In this document: one piece after another, positions 52,396-64,000 of the stretch
Position numbering within the stretch: position 1 is the stretch's first letter
Layout of the letters: each line of letters starts with the position of its first letter
Source of the DNA: Eledone cirrhosa
Lineage: Eukaryota
NCBI GenBank assembly: GCA_964016885.1
Contig: OZ024752.1
Location: 16,864,001 to 16,928,000 of the forward strand
DNA length: 64,000 nucleotides
Direction of reading: 5' to 3'
The notes under the pieces: model-generated
Database searches by the model: none
Told to the model about the DNA's origin: nothing
What the model saw: only the letters and a program-made list of their open reading frames with translations
Program-made: the position numbers and the translations under genes

Positions 52396-52396
<1 letters not shown>

Positions 52397-52626
52397 AATC
52401 TAGCTGTCGTCTGTTCTACAGTGTGGATGTCATTCACTTCGCACAGAAGTTTTGTTCAAATTTATTGAGGAAATTTTGTGAGTTCAAACTTAATTTTGAT
52501 ACAATTGTGTAGCTTGACCCTCCGTCTGAACTGTCAGGCGGTGGGTCAGCTCATCTTTACCCCTCCTAGAGGTGAAAAACCTGTTTTAAAAAATTTTGTG
52601 TAAAAAATTTCAATCGTCTAACAGAA

Positions 52627-54534
52627 ATGTTAAACGCAGCGAACGAAAATAGTGGTGGGGGGGGGACAGCGGTAAGAGTTGTAAGCTCGCACGCTTTAGT
52701 CCTCCCTTCCTTCCCAACTAACGCCATAGAGAAGGAAGGAAAAATTAAAATAAAAACAGACGAATCTGCGGAGAAAAAATTAAATGACGAAACACAAATC
52801 TGGACTTGGATTCCAACAACGAAAAAAAAAAAAAAATTTGAAAAATTGCATGACAATACTAATAACACAAACAAAGACACAACAAACACAAAAATAACAG
52901 TTGAAAATAACACCATATCAGAAAACAAAGCAGACGACAAGATTTCATTTGCACAGAAAACAAAGAAATCTTTGACTTATATAGCGGAAAACATTTCAGA
53001 TGTGGTACGAAGGATCACGGACGCCAAACAATACATAAGTGAAGGAGAGAATGGTATTTTATCGGTAAAAATGCCTCAAGAATTCACGAAAGACATTGAA
53101 AGCCGAACGGTCAAGTTTCGGAACATCAACAACAGTACAAAAAAACCTGAACAGCCTTCTCAAGCAGATATCAAAACAGTACTCACAGAAGTACTTAATG
53201 AAACCACTTTCATAAGAAAAGACAGACTGTATGGAAGCCTAGCAATTATCATGAAGAACGAATCGGCGGCAAAAAAATGTGCTTTGTCACCGATTCGTTC
53301 GAAAAATTTCACCTTTTGTCCATCTTACATGGGGAAAAGAACTCAACGCATATGGCTGGATGCAATGATGCCAGATGTGGACTACTGCTGGCTCATAGCT
53401 GGCTTCATCGATCCAGTGAATGACAACGTGATTTCCATTGGGAAAACCACAGGCAATGCGTTCAGTGGAACAGGTATAGAGCTGGTAGTACAAATGAAGC
53501 CTGAACGCATCGCCCAAATACCCGACAGAATCCTATTAGAGGACCACGGGTATATAAACATTAGCGTGGAGGGGAGAAGGCCGTCCTGCCATATCTGTGC
53601 AGGCAGAGGGCACCTGAAGGCCGCTTGTCCCCAACTCAACAAAAAGAAAACCCTGCTACCAACACCAGCTCCACCACCACCACCACAACAGATAAACAAA
53701 CAACAAAACTCAGTCCCACCCAACCCGTCCCTCAGTAAAACCACAACACCACCACAACACAAACAGTCACAACACATTACCCCAAAACAAAATACAGGCC
53801 CACCCAACCTCTCACTCAATAAAACAACACAACCACCGCAGACACAACACACAACACAGTCTAACATAGTGACATCCATCTCCCCCACAAAGAAAACCAA
53901 CACAGAAACATTACCAGCAAACATACCTCTTCCCTCCAACACTGAAGATAACCCAACGAATTCGGAGGAAGAAACGGAGTCCTTCAGACAGATTAAAAGG
54001 AAAAAAAGAAAACATGTGCAAAACACACAAGGACAAACAACCCCCACCCAAATCTCAACACAATCCAACAAAACAGAAAACACCCCTCCAGCAACAAACA
54101 AAACCAAACCTGCCCCTCCCCTCTTCGAAACACTCACACCATCGAAAAAAAAGACATTACACTATACTTACATCAACAGAAACAATAATAAATTAAATGA
54201 GCTCATATACAATAATCCTTCGGTACAAACCGAAGGTGTAAACTTTGTTTCGTCAGAAAACTACCCACATTTAAAACTAATAAAGATCCCAATGAACCTC
54301 TACCAAAAACTAAAAAAGGATTTTAAGGAGGACGTAGGACCACCCTCTGTCAAACCCATAAACCGCGTCCTACTAAAAAGCTTTCCCCCTCCCCTTCCCC
54401 TCCCCAACACAACTCCAAACACCCCAACCCCACCACGCACTGACGACCCCACACCACCACAAGACACCCCTTCACCCAACACCCCCGACCCCATGGAAGT
54501 CGTGCAACCCGAACCCCGGGAAGCGGAAAGGTAG
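52627..54534 (+). CDS. Tx1 ORF1p, 635 aa, gag-like CCHC zinc knuckle
   Basis: Uninterrupted ORF; CHICAGRGHLKAAC; P/T/Q-rich linker with a basic KRKKRK patch. Confidence 0.9.
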   Translation: MLNAANENSGGGGTAVRVVSSHALVLPSFPTNAIEKEGKIKIKTDESAEKKLNDETQIWTWIPTTKKKKKFEKLHDNTNNTNKDTTNTKITVENNTISENKADDKISFAQKTKKSLTYIAENISDVVRRITDAKQYISEGENGILSVKMPQEFTKDIESRTVKFRNINNSTKKPEQPSQADIKTVLTEVLNETTFIRKDRLYGSLAIIMKNESAAKKCALSPIRSKNFTFCPSYMGKRTQRIWLDAMMPDVDYCWLIAGFIDPVNDNVISIGKTTGNAFSGTGIELVVQMKPERIAQIPDRILLEDHGYINISVEGRRPSCHICAGRGHLKAACPQLNKKKTLLPTPAPPPPPQQINKQQNSVPPNPSLSKTTTPPQHKQSQHITPKQNTGPPNLSLNKTTQPPQTQHTTQSNIVTSISPTKKTNTETLPANIPLPSNTEDNPTNSEEETESFRQIKRKKRKHVQNTQGQTTPTQISTQSNKTENTPPATNKTKPAPPLFETLTPSKKKTLHYTYINRNNNKLNELIYNNPSVQTEGVNFVSSENYPHLKLIKIPMNLYQKLKKDFKEDVGPPSVKPINRVLLKSFPPPLPLPNTTPNTPTPPRTDDPTPPQDTPSPNTPDPMEVVQPEPREAER

Positions 54535-54567
54535 GTCTCTACACTCTCCTTTGGCTCTGCCGCCCAC

Positions 54568-57500
54568 ATGGATGTGTTAAGAGTAGGATGTTTGAATGCA
54601 CGTGGCCTGGGCTCAACTTGGAAGCAAGCAAAGCTTCTAAATGACCTCAGGTCATGTAGTATAAATGTAATGGTTATCTGTGAGACTCGAATCAGCGTCG
54701 TGCGGCAGCTGGCCCCCACCTTCGATGACTTTGAGGTGCATGCATCTCTCTGTCAACCTGGAGGTGGGGGTGGGGTTGTCGTACTGCTGCAAAAACACCT
54801 GGGTCTTGCCGTACAGGTTGTGCACTCGGACCCGGAGGGTCATTTGTTGGTGCTAGACGTTGGCAGTAGTGAAAGTGCGGCCTTGAGACTGGTCGCCGTC
54901 TACTCCCCTTTCGGAGCCGAACGGCCCGACTTCTTCCAGCGTTTGGAGACTTTTCTGGGAACGTCGCGTTCCCTGCTTCTAGCGGGGGATTGGAATGACA
55001 TCCTGGATGCACGTTGGGACTATGCAGGAGCATGTCCTAATAGAGGGGGGTGTAACAGCCTCAAGGGGTTACTCGACCGTTTTAACTTGGTCGATAGATA
55101 TCGACTAGATTTTCCAACTGTGCCTACCTGGACTTGGAGAAACCAAAGTGGTCAATCTAGATCGTACTTAGATAGATTCTTAGTTAGAAGTAAGGATAGG
55201 GACATATTAAGCTGTCCAGAAATGCGCACGGTTGGCTACACGGATCACAAATTAGTGACCTGCGTGGTCAATCTCGAGAAAACACATAGACAGGGTCCCT
55301 GTTACTGGAAACTTAATTTGTCTTTACCGGCAAAAGAGACTTACAGAAACCGGATTAGCAGATTAGTTAAGGAGAGGTTGACGGGTGCAATCGTCAACAA
55401 CCGATGGTGGGCATCTCTCAAAAGAGAGATTAGAACAGAATCAATAAGTTATAGCAAGATGTTAGCTGCCGATAGGAATAGAAACGAGAAAGAATTAACA
55501 GGTAAATTAGAAGAGGCAATCAAGAGCGAAGATGTGGTCAGAGTGCTGGCATCGAGGACGGCCTTGAACCAGTTTTTCGATGCAAAGCACGAAGGCTGCG
55601 TCATTCGAAGCAAAATACGTGCTCTAGGTAATGAGGGGGCCAAAGCCGTTGGATGGGCCCGCGTGACAGAAGCTAAGAGTGGAAATCGATCCACCATCCG
55701 GTCGTTGCAAGACGAAGATGGACGGGTGATCCGGGAGCCTAAGCAGATGTGCGAGGCCTTTCAAAGGCACTTTGCCCGATTGTTCGGGGGAGGCGAGGGT
55801 CCGGGCGTGGGCGTGGATTTCGGTCCATACCTCGACGGCCTGCCGCGTCTCTCGAGCGAAGAGGCAGAGTCCTGCGAGGGACCAATCTCGGCTGATGAGA
55901 TCGGAGATGCGCTGAGCCAATGCAGCAGACGCAAATCTCCAGGTCTCGATGGTATACCTTACGAACTTTATTTAGCAATGCCGGTCTTCTTCTCCGAACT
56001 CCTCGAAGCGGTCTACTGCAATTGGCAGCAGAACGGGAGAATTCCTTGTTCTGTAGCCAAGGGCGTAGTCTCGCTGGTGAGGAAGGACGAGAACAAGGGG
56101 GATAGTATAAATAATTTTCGGCCCATAACCCTGCTAAACACAGAGTTAAAGATTTTGGCCAAGGTGTTAGCAAAGAGGTTGGCGCTTGTCGTGGATGGCC
56201 TGGTGGGAGATGCGCAGACATGTGCTATCCCATCCAGGTCCATTCACGATAACCTCCACCTCATGCGATACATCATAGAGAGGGTTGGCAACAAACCCGG
56301 CTTCGGTGGGGCCCTGATCAACTTGGATCAGTCTAAGGCCTTCGATAGGGTCGACCATGGTTACCTGGATGCGGTGCTAGCGGCGGCTGGGTTCGGTCCT
56401 GTTTTCAGAGGCTGGATCACTGCCCTACATAGCAACCACATCTGTTCTAGGATCAAGGTGAACGGCTACCTTTCGAAGCCGTTCGAAATCACACGATCCA
56501 TTCGACAGGGGTGCCCTCTCTCCTCCCTTCTGTACGTATTGACTCTCGAGCCTTTACTGAGGAAGTTGGAGTTGTTGCAGGGTATCCCCCTGGAACCAGG
56601 ATTGAGCAAAGCGGTGTCGGCCTACGCCGATGACGTAACAGTAATGGTATCAACCGACTCGGAGATCGAGGCGATCGGTACCTTACTGGAGGAGTACGAA
56701 AGGTTGTCAGGAGCGAAACTGAACCGGGAAAAATCCATCGGGCTGCAACTCGGAACGTGGAGAGGCAGACCGATGCCTCCTGACGGTGTCGTCGGACACT
56801 GGACGGAGGGCCCGGTAAAGCTGCTTGGGGTCTGGTTTGGACCGGATCACCAGGTGGAAAAGAACTGGAACGAGGTTACGAACAAGGTGTTTGCACTAAC
56901 CCAGAAATGGGCCAAGTGTAAGCTGTCCCTAAAAGGCCGGGCGGAGGTGGCGAACATTTACATAGCGTCCGTCACTTACTACCGCCTGACTGTCGTGCCT
57001 TGCCCTAAGGAAACACTCACCACCATGGAACGCATGCTCTTCCAATTTCTTTGGAAGAAGCGTCCTCCTATGGTGAGAAGATCCATCTGCTGCCAACAAC
57101 CTTCGAAAGGAGGGCTGGGGATGCCGTGGTTGATGATGCGTAGGCACGCATTAAGGCTACGGCACCTACAGGTATTTCTCACTGGTCAACCGGTGTGGGC
57201 TCCGTTCGTGAAACGAGCCTTTCCGAGACTCGTCTCGCTCACCGAGCTACAGTCCTGGGTCAAGCAAAGATCCGGAAAACTGGGAGACTGGCACACTGAG
57301 TGTGCTCAGGCGCTCAGGGCTCTCTGGCAAGCGGGCCAAGCCATCGGTGGAGAATCCACCTCATCATTCTATAGAGGGCTGGTGGCTAGCAGGGGCGATG
57401 ACACCCTTGGAGAGTCGCTGGACATGGAAGAAGACGAACTGGCCAGCCTGTTCGGTAGGACTTTCGGCCCAGGACCAATGGACAACTTCCAGAAGTCACT

Positions 57501-58005
57501 GGCCTGGCAGTGCTACCGGGGGGCTCTACCCGTTCGAGAGAGGCTCTACAGACACGGGCGCCCGGGCAGGGATCCCTCAAAAAAGATTTGCCCTAGATGC
57601 GTGCGTCACGAAGAAACCGTTGCGCACGCATTGGTGCAATGTCCGGGCGTGGCTGATCTGTGGGGCTACGCCGAACAACTGCTGTCGCGGGTGGCGCCGA
57701 TTAAATTGACCGCCGAGTCCGTGATGACAATCAAACCGCCTCCCCTCTTCACAAAGGAAGCAAAGGCGGTTTTTCTGTGCGTAATAGCCATGTTGAAAGA
57801 GGTTGTTTGGTGGACACGATTGAAAGGTCTGAGGTCAGGCAACTTCCTCTCTGGCCATAGTCTGGTCTACTTCTTCCGATATCACTTCGGAAGAAGGATA
57901 AGAATGGAGAGAGAGGTGCTTGGCCACAGGCAGTTTTATGAAAGGTGGGTGATAGTGGCGAGAATGGCTCGTGTAAATGGGCCTTCTCTGTATACCATCC
58001 TGTAG
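54568..58005 (+). CDS. Tx1 ORF2p, 1145 aa, APE endonuclease + reverse transcriptase + CCHC
   Basis: CLNARGL, ICETR, GDWN, YLDRF, TDH; KSPGLDG, FRPITLLN, LDQSKAFDRV, RQGCPLS, YADD; CPRC..ETVAHALVQC. Confidence 0.96.
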   Translation: MDVLRVGCLNARGLGSTWKQAKLLNDLRSCSINVMVICETRISVVRQLAPTFDDFEVHASLCQPGGGGGVVVLLQKHLGLAVQVVHSDPEGHLLVLDVGSSESAALRLVAVYSPFGAERPDFFQRLETFLGTSRSLLLAGDWNDILDARWDYAGACPNRGGCNSLKGLLDRFNLVDRYRLDFPTVPTWTWRNQSGQSRSYLDRFLVRSKDRDILSCPEMRTVGYTDHKLVTCVVNLEKTHRQGPCYWKLNLSLPAKETYRNRISRLVKERLTGAIVNNRWWASLKREIRTESISYSKMLAADRNRNEKELTGKLEEAIKSEDVVRVLASRTALNQFFDAKHEGCVIRSKIRALGNEGAKAVGWARVTEAKSGNRSTIRSLQDEDGRVIREPKQMCEAFQRHFARLFGGGEGPGVGVDFGPYLDGLPRLSSEEAESCEGPISADEIGDALSQCSRRKSPGLDGIPYELYLAMPVFFSELLEAVYCNWQQNGRIPCSVAKGVVSLVRKDENKGDSINNFRPITLLNTELKILAKVLAKRLALVVDGLVGDAQTCAIPSRSIHDNLHLMRYIIERVGNKPGFGGALINLDQSKAFDRVDHGYLDAVLAAAGFGPVFRGWITALHSNHICSRIKVNGYLSKPFEITRSIRQGCPLSSLLYVLTLEPLLRKLELLQGIPLEPGLSKAVSAYADDVTVMVSTDSEIEAIGTLLEEYERLSGAKLNREKSIGLQLGTWRGRPMPPDGVVGHWTEGPVKLLGVWFGPDHQVEKNWNEVTNKVFALTQKWAKCKLSLKGRAEVANIYIASVTYYRLTVVPCPKETLTTMERMLFQFLWKKRPPMVRRSICCQQPSKGGLGMPWLMMRRHALRLRHLQVFLTGQPVWAPFVKRAFPRLVSLTELQSWVKQRSGKLGDWHTECAQALRALWQAGQAIGGESTSSFYRGLVASRGDDTLGESLDMEEDELASLFGRTFGPGPMDNFQKSLAWQCYRGALPVRERLYRHGRPGRDPSKKICPRCVRHEETVAHALVQCPGVADLWGYAEQLLSRVAPIKLTAESVMTIKPPPLFTKEAKAVFLCVIAMLKEVVWWTRLKGLRSGNFLSGHSLVYFFRYHFGRRIRMEREVLGHRQFYERWVIVARMARVNGPSLYTIL

Positions 58006-58219
58006 GTAAAGAAGTAAAGGAGAGGGGAGCACCTTCTCCATGTGCTCCCCGGGCAAAGGATTGCACACTTTTTCGGGGGTGTGTGCAACCCCCATCACGT
58101 CCCCTCCCTTTTGAGGTTATTTTCGATTATTTTCATGTTACACCCTTTTTACTCGATTATATGTAAACTCCCCCTTTGTATTTGTCCCTTCTTTTTATGC
58201 CTTTATGGTAAATAAAGAA

Positions 58220-58303
<84 letters not shown>

Positions 58304-58322
58304 CTCTCTCTCTCTCTCTCTC

Positions 58323-61300
58323 TACCAGACGTGTGTAACTTCGCGGAGAAGTTTCCGTTATTTTATGTAAGAAAAAAACGTGAGTTTTCAGTTAAATTTT
58401 ATATTATTGTGTAACTTGAGCCCCCGTCTGGACCTTCAGGTAGTGCGTCAACTCATTTTCGCCCCTACAGGGGCGAAATATTCGTTTGAAAAATTTTTTC
58501 TCCATCGAATTTTGGAAAAAATATCATAAGTAGTTTGATTACGTTATGAACGCTGCGTTCAACGATAATGGTGGTGGAGAGTCGGTAAGACTACATAGTT
58601 CGCAGTCAACATCGTCTTCTTCCCTAGATACTATGGAGATGGAAAGACGAAATGAAAATGTAAAAACAAATTCATATTCAAACAACACAAATGACACCAA
58701 ACAGTTCAATGACAACAAAAATAACAACAACACCAATAATGATGATAAAAACAACAATGTCAACAACAACAAAGAAAAAAATAAAGACAACCCCAATAAC
58801 ACCAGCATCAAAGACAACAACAACACCAACACCAACACCAAGGAAGATACGAATAATATTAACATCAGTGACAACAAGAATAACAACAATAATGACAACA
58901 CCACCAACACGGATAATTCCACAAAAAAACCAAAATCTCCTTTGCACAGACAGTTCAAAAAAAGGAGGAACTGACATATCTCGACATAACAAATGCCGAA
59001 CAACTTTTAAAGGACGCTAGGAGATATGTCACTTTCGAAAAAAAATGGTGCTTTCAGCATCAATTCTCCGGTAGAAATTCGCAAGGAAACTGCTCTCAAA
59101 ACGATAGTTTTTAGGACAGTTTCCAATTCTACCCGAAAACCAGTCCAATTGTCACAGAAAGAAATTGAACTGGTTTTCAAAAATTCAATGAATGATATTG
59201 CATTCATTCAAAGAAGCAACCTTTTTGGGAGTATTTCGGTACTCATGAAGGATCAATTGACGGCCCAAAATTACTCTGTGTCGCCAATTGTATCCAACCT
59301 GTATACCTTTTTCCCTACATACATGGGAAAAAGGACACAAAAGATTAAAATCACGAGTATCACACCAAAGGTGAACATATGGTGGATACTGTGCGGCTTC
59401 ATCAATTTTGATGAAGACAGAATACTGTCAGTAGGAAAGTCCCCCAGAGATGTATTCAATGGGACTAGCATTGAAGTTCTGGTGCAAATGAGCCCAGAGC
59501 GAATAGCTATGATCCCACAACGTGTACTCCTGGACGGACTCACCTACATAAACTTTTCAGTTGAGGGTAGGCGGCCTTCATGTTACCATTGCTTTAGCAG
59601 GGGTCACCTGAGGGCTTCCTGTCCTAAATTAATGAGTAAAAAAAAGGCTCTTCTGCCGACACCCATCAAAACAACACAACCACCAACACCACCACAACAA
59701 CAACAACCCAACACACAAAAATAACCACAACAAACACAGTCCCACCCAACCCCACTCCACCTAAAACCACTGCAAAATCACATACAGACACAACAGCTCC
59801 CCAAGACATACCCCTCCCCAATCACACAGACGATACAACAGATGAGGCTATCTCGCCATCACCCAGTGAAGACGAGGGAGAACCCTATCGCTCGAAAAGA
59901 AAGAAAAGACATCACAAAAGCAAAAAACCAGCAAACACTACCACAAACATACAACCACCAACACAAACAACAAAAACATCACAAACAAAACCCCCACCTC
60001 CTGAAAACAAAATACCTACAACAAAACGAAAGCACACACAAGAACTACAGACAAAAACAAACACAACACAAGAAAATTACACTTACACTTACATAAACAC
60101 TGAAAACAAAACACTAATGGAGACCATCACGAACGACCCTTCGGTGAAAACTGAAGGGAAAACTTTCGCCCACTCTATTAAAAATAACAAAAAACTGAAC
60201 CTAAAACTGATTAGGGTCTCTATACAAACTTATAGGTCCCTAAAAGAAACATTTGAGAAGGATGTGGGGAATTCCTGCGTGAAACCACTTAACCGCGTCC
60301 TTCTCAAATGTCTCCCCACCCCAGACACCCCCATCCCACCAGATCCCACCCCACCAAACATCTCCGTCCCCACCCCGCCGGAAACCACCACCCACCCAGA
60401 CAACCCCTCCAACACCCCCATGGAAATCGTGCAGCCTGGTCCCCAGGAGACGAAGGGTGAGTGATCTCTTTTCCTCTTTTAACTTTTCAGCACCAACATG
60501 GCCAATATAAGCGTTGGATGTGTGAACGTACGCGGCCTGGGGATGCCCTGGAAACAGGGCAAACTCTTAAACGACCTCAGGTCGCACAGTATGGATGTAG
60601 TAGCCATTTGCGAGTCCAGGATCCACAGCGAGCGACAGCTGGCCCCCATCTTCGATGACTTTGAGATCTACGCATCTCTCTGTCAACCGGGGGGGGGGGG
60701 GGGGGCGGAGTTGCCGTTTTGCTGCGGAAACACCTGGGCCTCGTAACACAGACGGTACATCTGGACCCGGAGGGTCGACTGGTGGTCCTAGACGTTGACG
60801 GTAGTGAAGGTGGAGCCTTCAGGCTGGTGGCCGCATATGCCCCATCCGAGACACCGCGGCCAGACTTCTTCAAACGTCTAGAGACTTTTCTGGGAACGTC
60901 CCGCTCCTTGGTTTTAGTGGGGGGACTGGAATGGAATCCTAGATGCACGTTGGGACTATGTGGGAGCATGTCCCGATAAAGGAGGGTATAACAGCCTCAA
61001 ACAGTTAAATGACCTATTTGACCTGGCCGATAGATATCGACTAGATTTTCCGACTGTGCCACTGTGGACGTGGAGTAATCGTAGCGGAACATCTAGATCG
61101 TACCTAGATAGGGTTCTAGTTAGAAATAAGGATAGGGACATGTTAAGCTGTCCACAAATGTTCATGGTTGCCTATTCAGATCACAAACTAGTGACCTGCA
61201 TGGCCAACCTTGATAGAACCCATAGACAAGGACCCGGCTACTGGAAGCTGAACTTATCGTTACCGACAAGCAAAGCCTACAGTAGACGGATTAGCACTTT

Positions 61301-64000
61301 AGTTAAACAGCACTTGACAGGGGCCATTGACAACAACAGATGGTGGTACTCTCTCAAGAGGGCAGTTAGATTAGACTCGTTAGTTTTTAGTAAAGAATTA
61401 GCGTTAGATAGAAATAGAACCGAGAAGGAACTGGTAGATAAAGTAGAAGAGGCAATTAGAAGTGGCAACGTAGCCAGCGTGCTAGCAACGAGAACGGCCT
61501 TGGACCAGTTCTTCGACGCAAAACACGAGGGCTGCGTTGTCAGAAGCAAAATACGTGCTCTGGGAAACTAGGGAGCCAAAGCTGTTAGCTGGGCCCGAGT
61601 GACGGAGGCAAAAATTGGCAACAAGTCCACGATTCGGTCTTTGAAGGACCAAAACGGACGCGTGATACGTGAGCCGAAGCAGATGTGTGCGGCCTTTCAG
61701 CGGCACTTTGCTCAACTGTTCGGGCGGGGCGGCGCGCCGGGAGGGGCTATGGATTTTGGTCCATACTTCGACGGCCTACCGCGACTCTCGGACAGCGAGG
61801 CAAAGTTCTGCGAAAAGCCGATTTCAGCCGCTGAGATAGGGGACGCGCTGAGCCAATGCGGCAAACGCAAATCTCCAGGTCTCGACGGTCTACCCTACGA
61901 ATTTTACGTAGCAATGCCGGACTTATTCTCCGGTCTCCTGCAAGCGGTCTACTGCAACTGGCAACATAACGGGAGAATTTCCAGTTCTGTAACCGGGGGC
62001 GTGGTCACATTAGTCAGGAAGGACGAGAATAAGTGGGATGACATAGGCAACTTCCGGCCCATAACTCTGCTAAACACAGAGTTACAGATTTTGGCCAAGG
62101 TGTTAGCAAAGAGGCTGGCGCTTGTCGTCGAGAACCTGGTGGGAGAAGCGCAGACATGCGCAATCCCGACCAGGTCCATACACGACAACCTCCACCTCAT
62201 GCGATACATCATAGAGAGGGTAGGGTGTAAACCCGGCTTCGGTGGGGCCCTGATCAATTTGGATCAGTCTAAGGCTTTCGATAGGGTTGACCATCGTTAC
62301 CTGGATACGGTGATCGAGGCGGCAGGCTTCGGACCCGTGTTCAGGGGCTGGATTGCTGCAATGCACAACAGCAACATCTGCTCAAGGGTCAAGGTGAACG
62401 GCTACCTCTCGGAGCCGTTCCATATTACGCGATCCATTTGACAGGGATGCCCTCTCTCCTCCCTTCTGTACGTACTGACTCTCGAGCAACTTCTGCGGAA
62501 GTTGGAGCTATTGCAGGGCATCCCTCTGGAACCGGGACTGCGGAAAGCGGCGTCGGCCTACGCCGACGACGTGACAGTAATGGTGTCGAGCGCCTCGCAT
62601 ATCGAGGAAGTCGGCACCTAACTGAAAGAATACGAAAGTTTCACAGGAGCGAAGCTGAACCGGGACAAGTCCATCGGTTTGCAACTCGGATCGTGGAGAG
62701 GCAAACCGATGCCTTCCGATGGCGTCGTCGGACGCTGGACGGAAGGACCGGTAAAGCTGCTCGGCGTCTGGTTTGGTCCGGACCTCCAGGTGGAGAAGAA
62801 CTGGAACGAAGTGACGGACAAGGTGTTTGCACTCACCCAGAAGTGGGCCGAGTGCAAACTATCTTTGAAAGGTCGAGCGGAGGTGGGGAACACTTTTATA
62901 GCGTCCGCTATCTACTACCGCTTGACCGTCGTGCCTTGTCCAGCCAAAACGCTTGCCAAAATGGAGCGCGCGCTCTTCCAATTCCTTTGGAAGAGGCGGG
63001 CTCCTTTGGTGAGAAGATCCATCTGCTGCCAACACCCTTCTAACGGAGGGCTGGGAATGCCGTGGTTGACGATGCACAAACACGCGCTCAGGCTGCGGCA
63101 TCTCTACGTATTCCTCACCGGACAACCGGTGTGGGCCCCGTTCGTGAGGCGATCCTTCTCACGACTCGTCTCGCTGACCGAGCTGCAGTCCTGGGTCAAG
63201 CAAAGACCAAGGAAAATGGGCGACTGGCACATCGAATGTGCTCAGGCGCTCACAGCCCTCTGGCAGGCGGACCCGGCGATCAGTGGAGACTCCACTTCGT
63301 CATTCTATAGAGGGTTGATCCGCAGCAAGTGCGACGACGCGCTCGGTGAAACTCTAGGCGTAGAGGAAGATGAACTGGCCAGTCTGTTCGGTAGGACCTT
63401 CCGCCCGGGACCGATGGACAACTTCCAAAAGTCCCTGGCCTCGCAGTGCTACCGAGGAGCTCTACCAGTTCGAGCAAGCTCTACAGACATGGGCGCCCGG
63501 GCAGGGACCCTGCAAAAAAGATCTGTCCGAGGTGCGTGCGTAACGAAGAAACCGTCGCGCACGCATTCATACACTGCCCGGGCGTCACTGACCTGTGGGG
63601 CTATGTAGAACGACTATTGTCGCGGGTGGGACCAATCCGGTTGACCACCGAGTCCATTGTCATGATCAAACCGCCACCCTCCTTCAAAAACGAAGGAGAG
63701 GCGGTTTTCCTTTGTGTGATAGCTATGGCGAAAGAGGTTGTATGGTGGACAAGGTTGAAAGGGCTGAGGTCAGACACCTTTCTCTCCGGCCAACAACTGA
63801 TTCTTTTTTCAAATACCACTTTGGAAAAGAATCAGGATGGAGAGAGAGGTGCTGTACCCCAGCAAGTTTTATGAAAGGTGGGTGAAAGTGGCGAGAATGG
63901 CCCGAGTGAATGGACCTTCTCTCTATATCAGCCTGTAGGTTGAGGAAAAGGAGGAGGAGAGGAAAGGAGTACAAACTCTTCGTTCTCCTGGAGATGAGGG
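58323..64000 (+). mobile_element. Tx1/L1-clade LINE, copy 3, disrupted, 3' UTR runs off the window
   Basis: ORF1 pieces 58546-60464 (CYHCFSRGHLRASC). ORF2 pieces 60498-63937, with a frameshift at the poly-G near 60690-60705 and stops at 61569-71 and 62439-41. Confidence 0.93.

Larger units (their letters stand above)
52398..58221 (+). mobile_element. Full-length intact Tx1/L1-clade LINE, copy 2
   Basis: 5' UTR, two open ORFs, and a 3' UTR ending AATAAAGAAATC; (TATC)n on both flanks. Confidence 0.95.

Noticed and set aside
60688-60705. Programmed frameshift at poly-G in Tx1 ORF2
   Set aside because: Copy 2 reads through the homologous GGGGG-coding region in frame; homopolymer slippage or assembly error is simpler.

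Overview
Eukaryotic, AT-rich, microsatellite-dense DNA. The recurrent tRNA-derived SINE resembles octopus SINEs, so an octopod cephalopod is my inference. I find no host gene; the window is almost entirely nested mobile elements. (1) Three Tx1/L1-clade LINEs, one with both ORFs intact (52627-54534, 54568-58005). (2) Two families of R4/Dong-like RLE LINEs abutting (CATA)n. (3) At least six Penelope-like elements or remnants. (4) CRE-like and RTE fragments. (5) A decayed autonomous Helitron plus non-autonomous Helitrons. (6) SINEs. The main structure the ORF track does not explain is RNA-level. There are about 14 hammerhead-ribozyme motifs: 11 in two covarying families (a minimal AUA-cleaving family with a conserved C.C mismatch, and a Penelope pLTR family with a U3-A8 variant core) and 3 degenerate singletons. 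All three Tx1 copies carry a 5' splice-site consensus at the end of ORF1, with an AG 51-55 nt downstream that could fuse ORF1 to ORF2. Different LINE families appear to partition among different microsatellites. All structure calls are by eye and untested.
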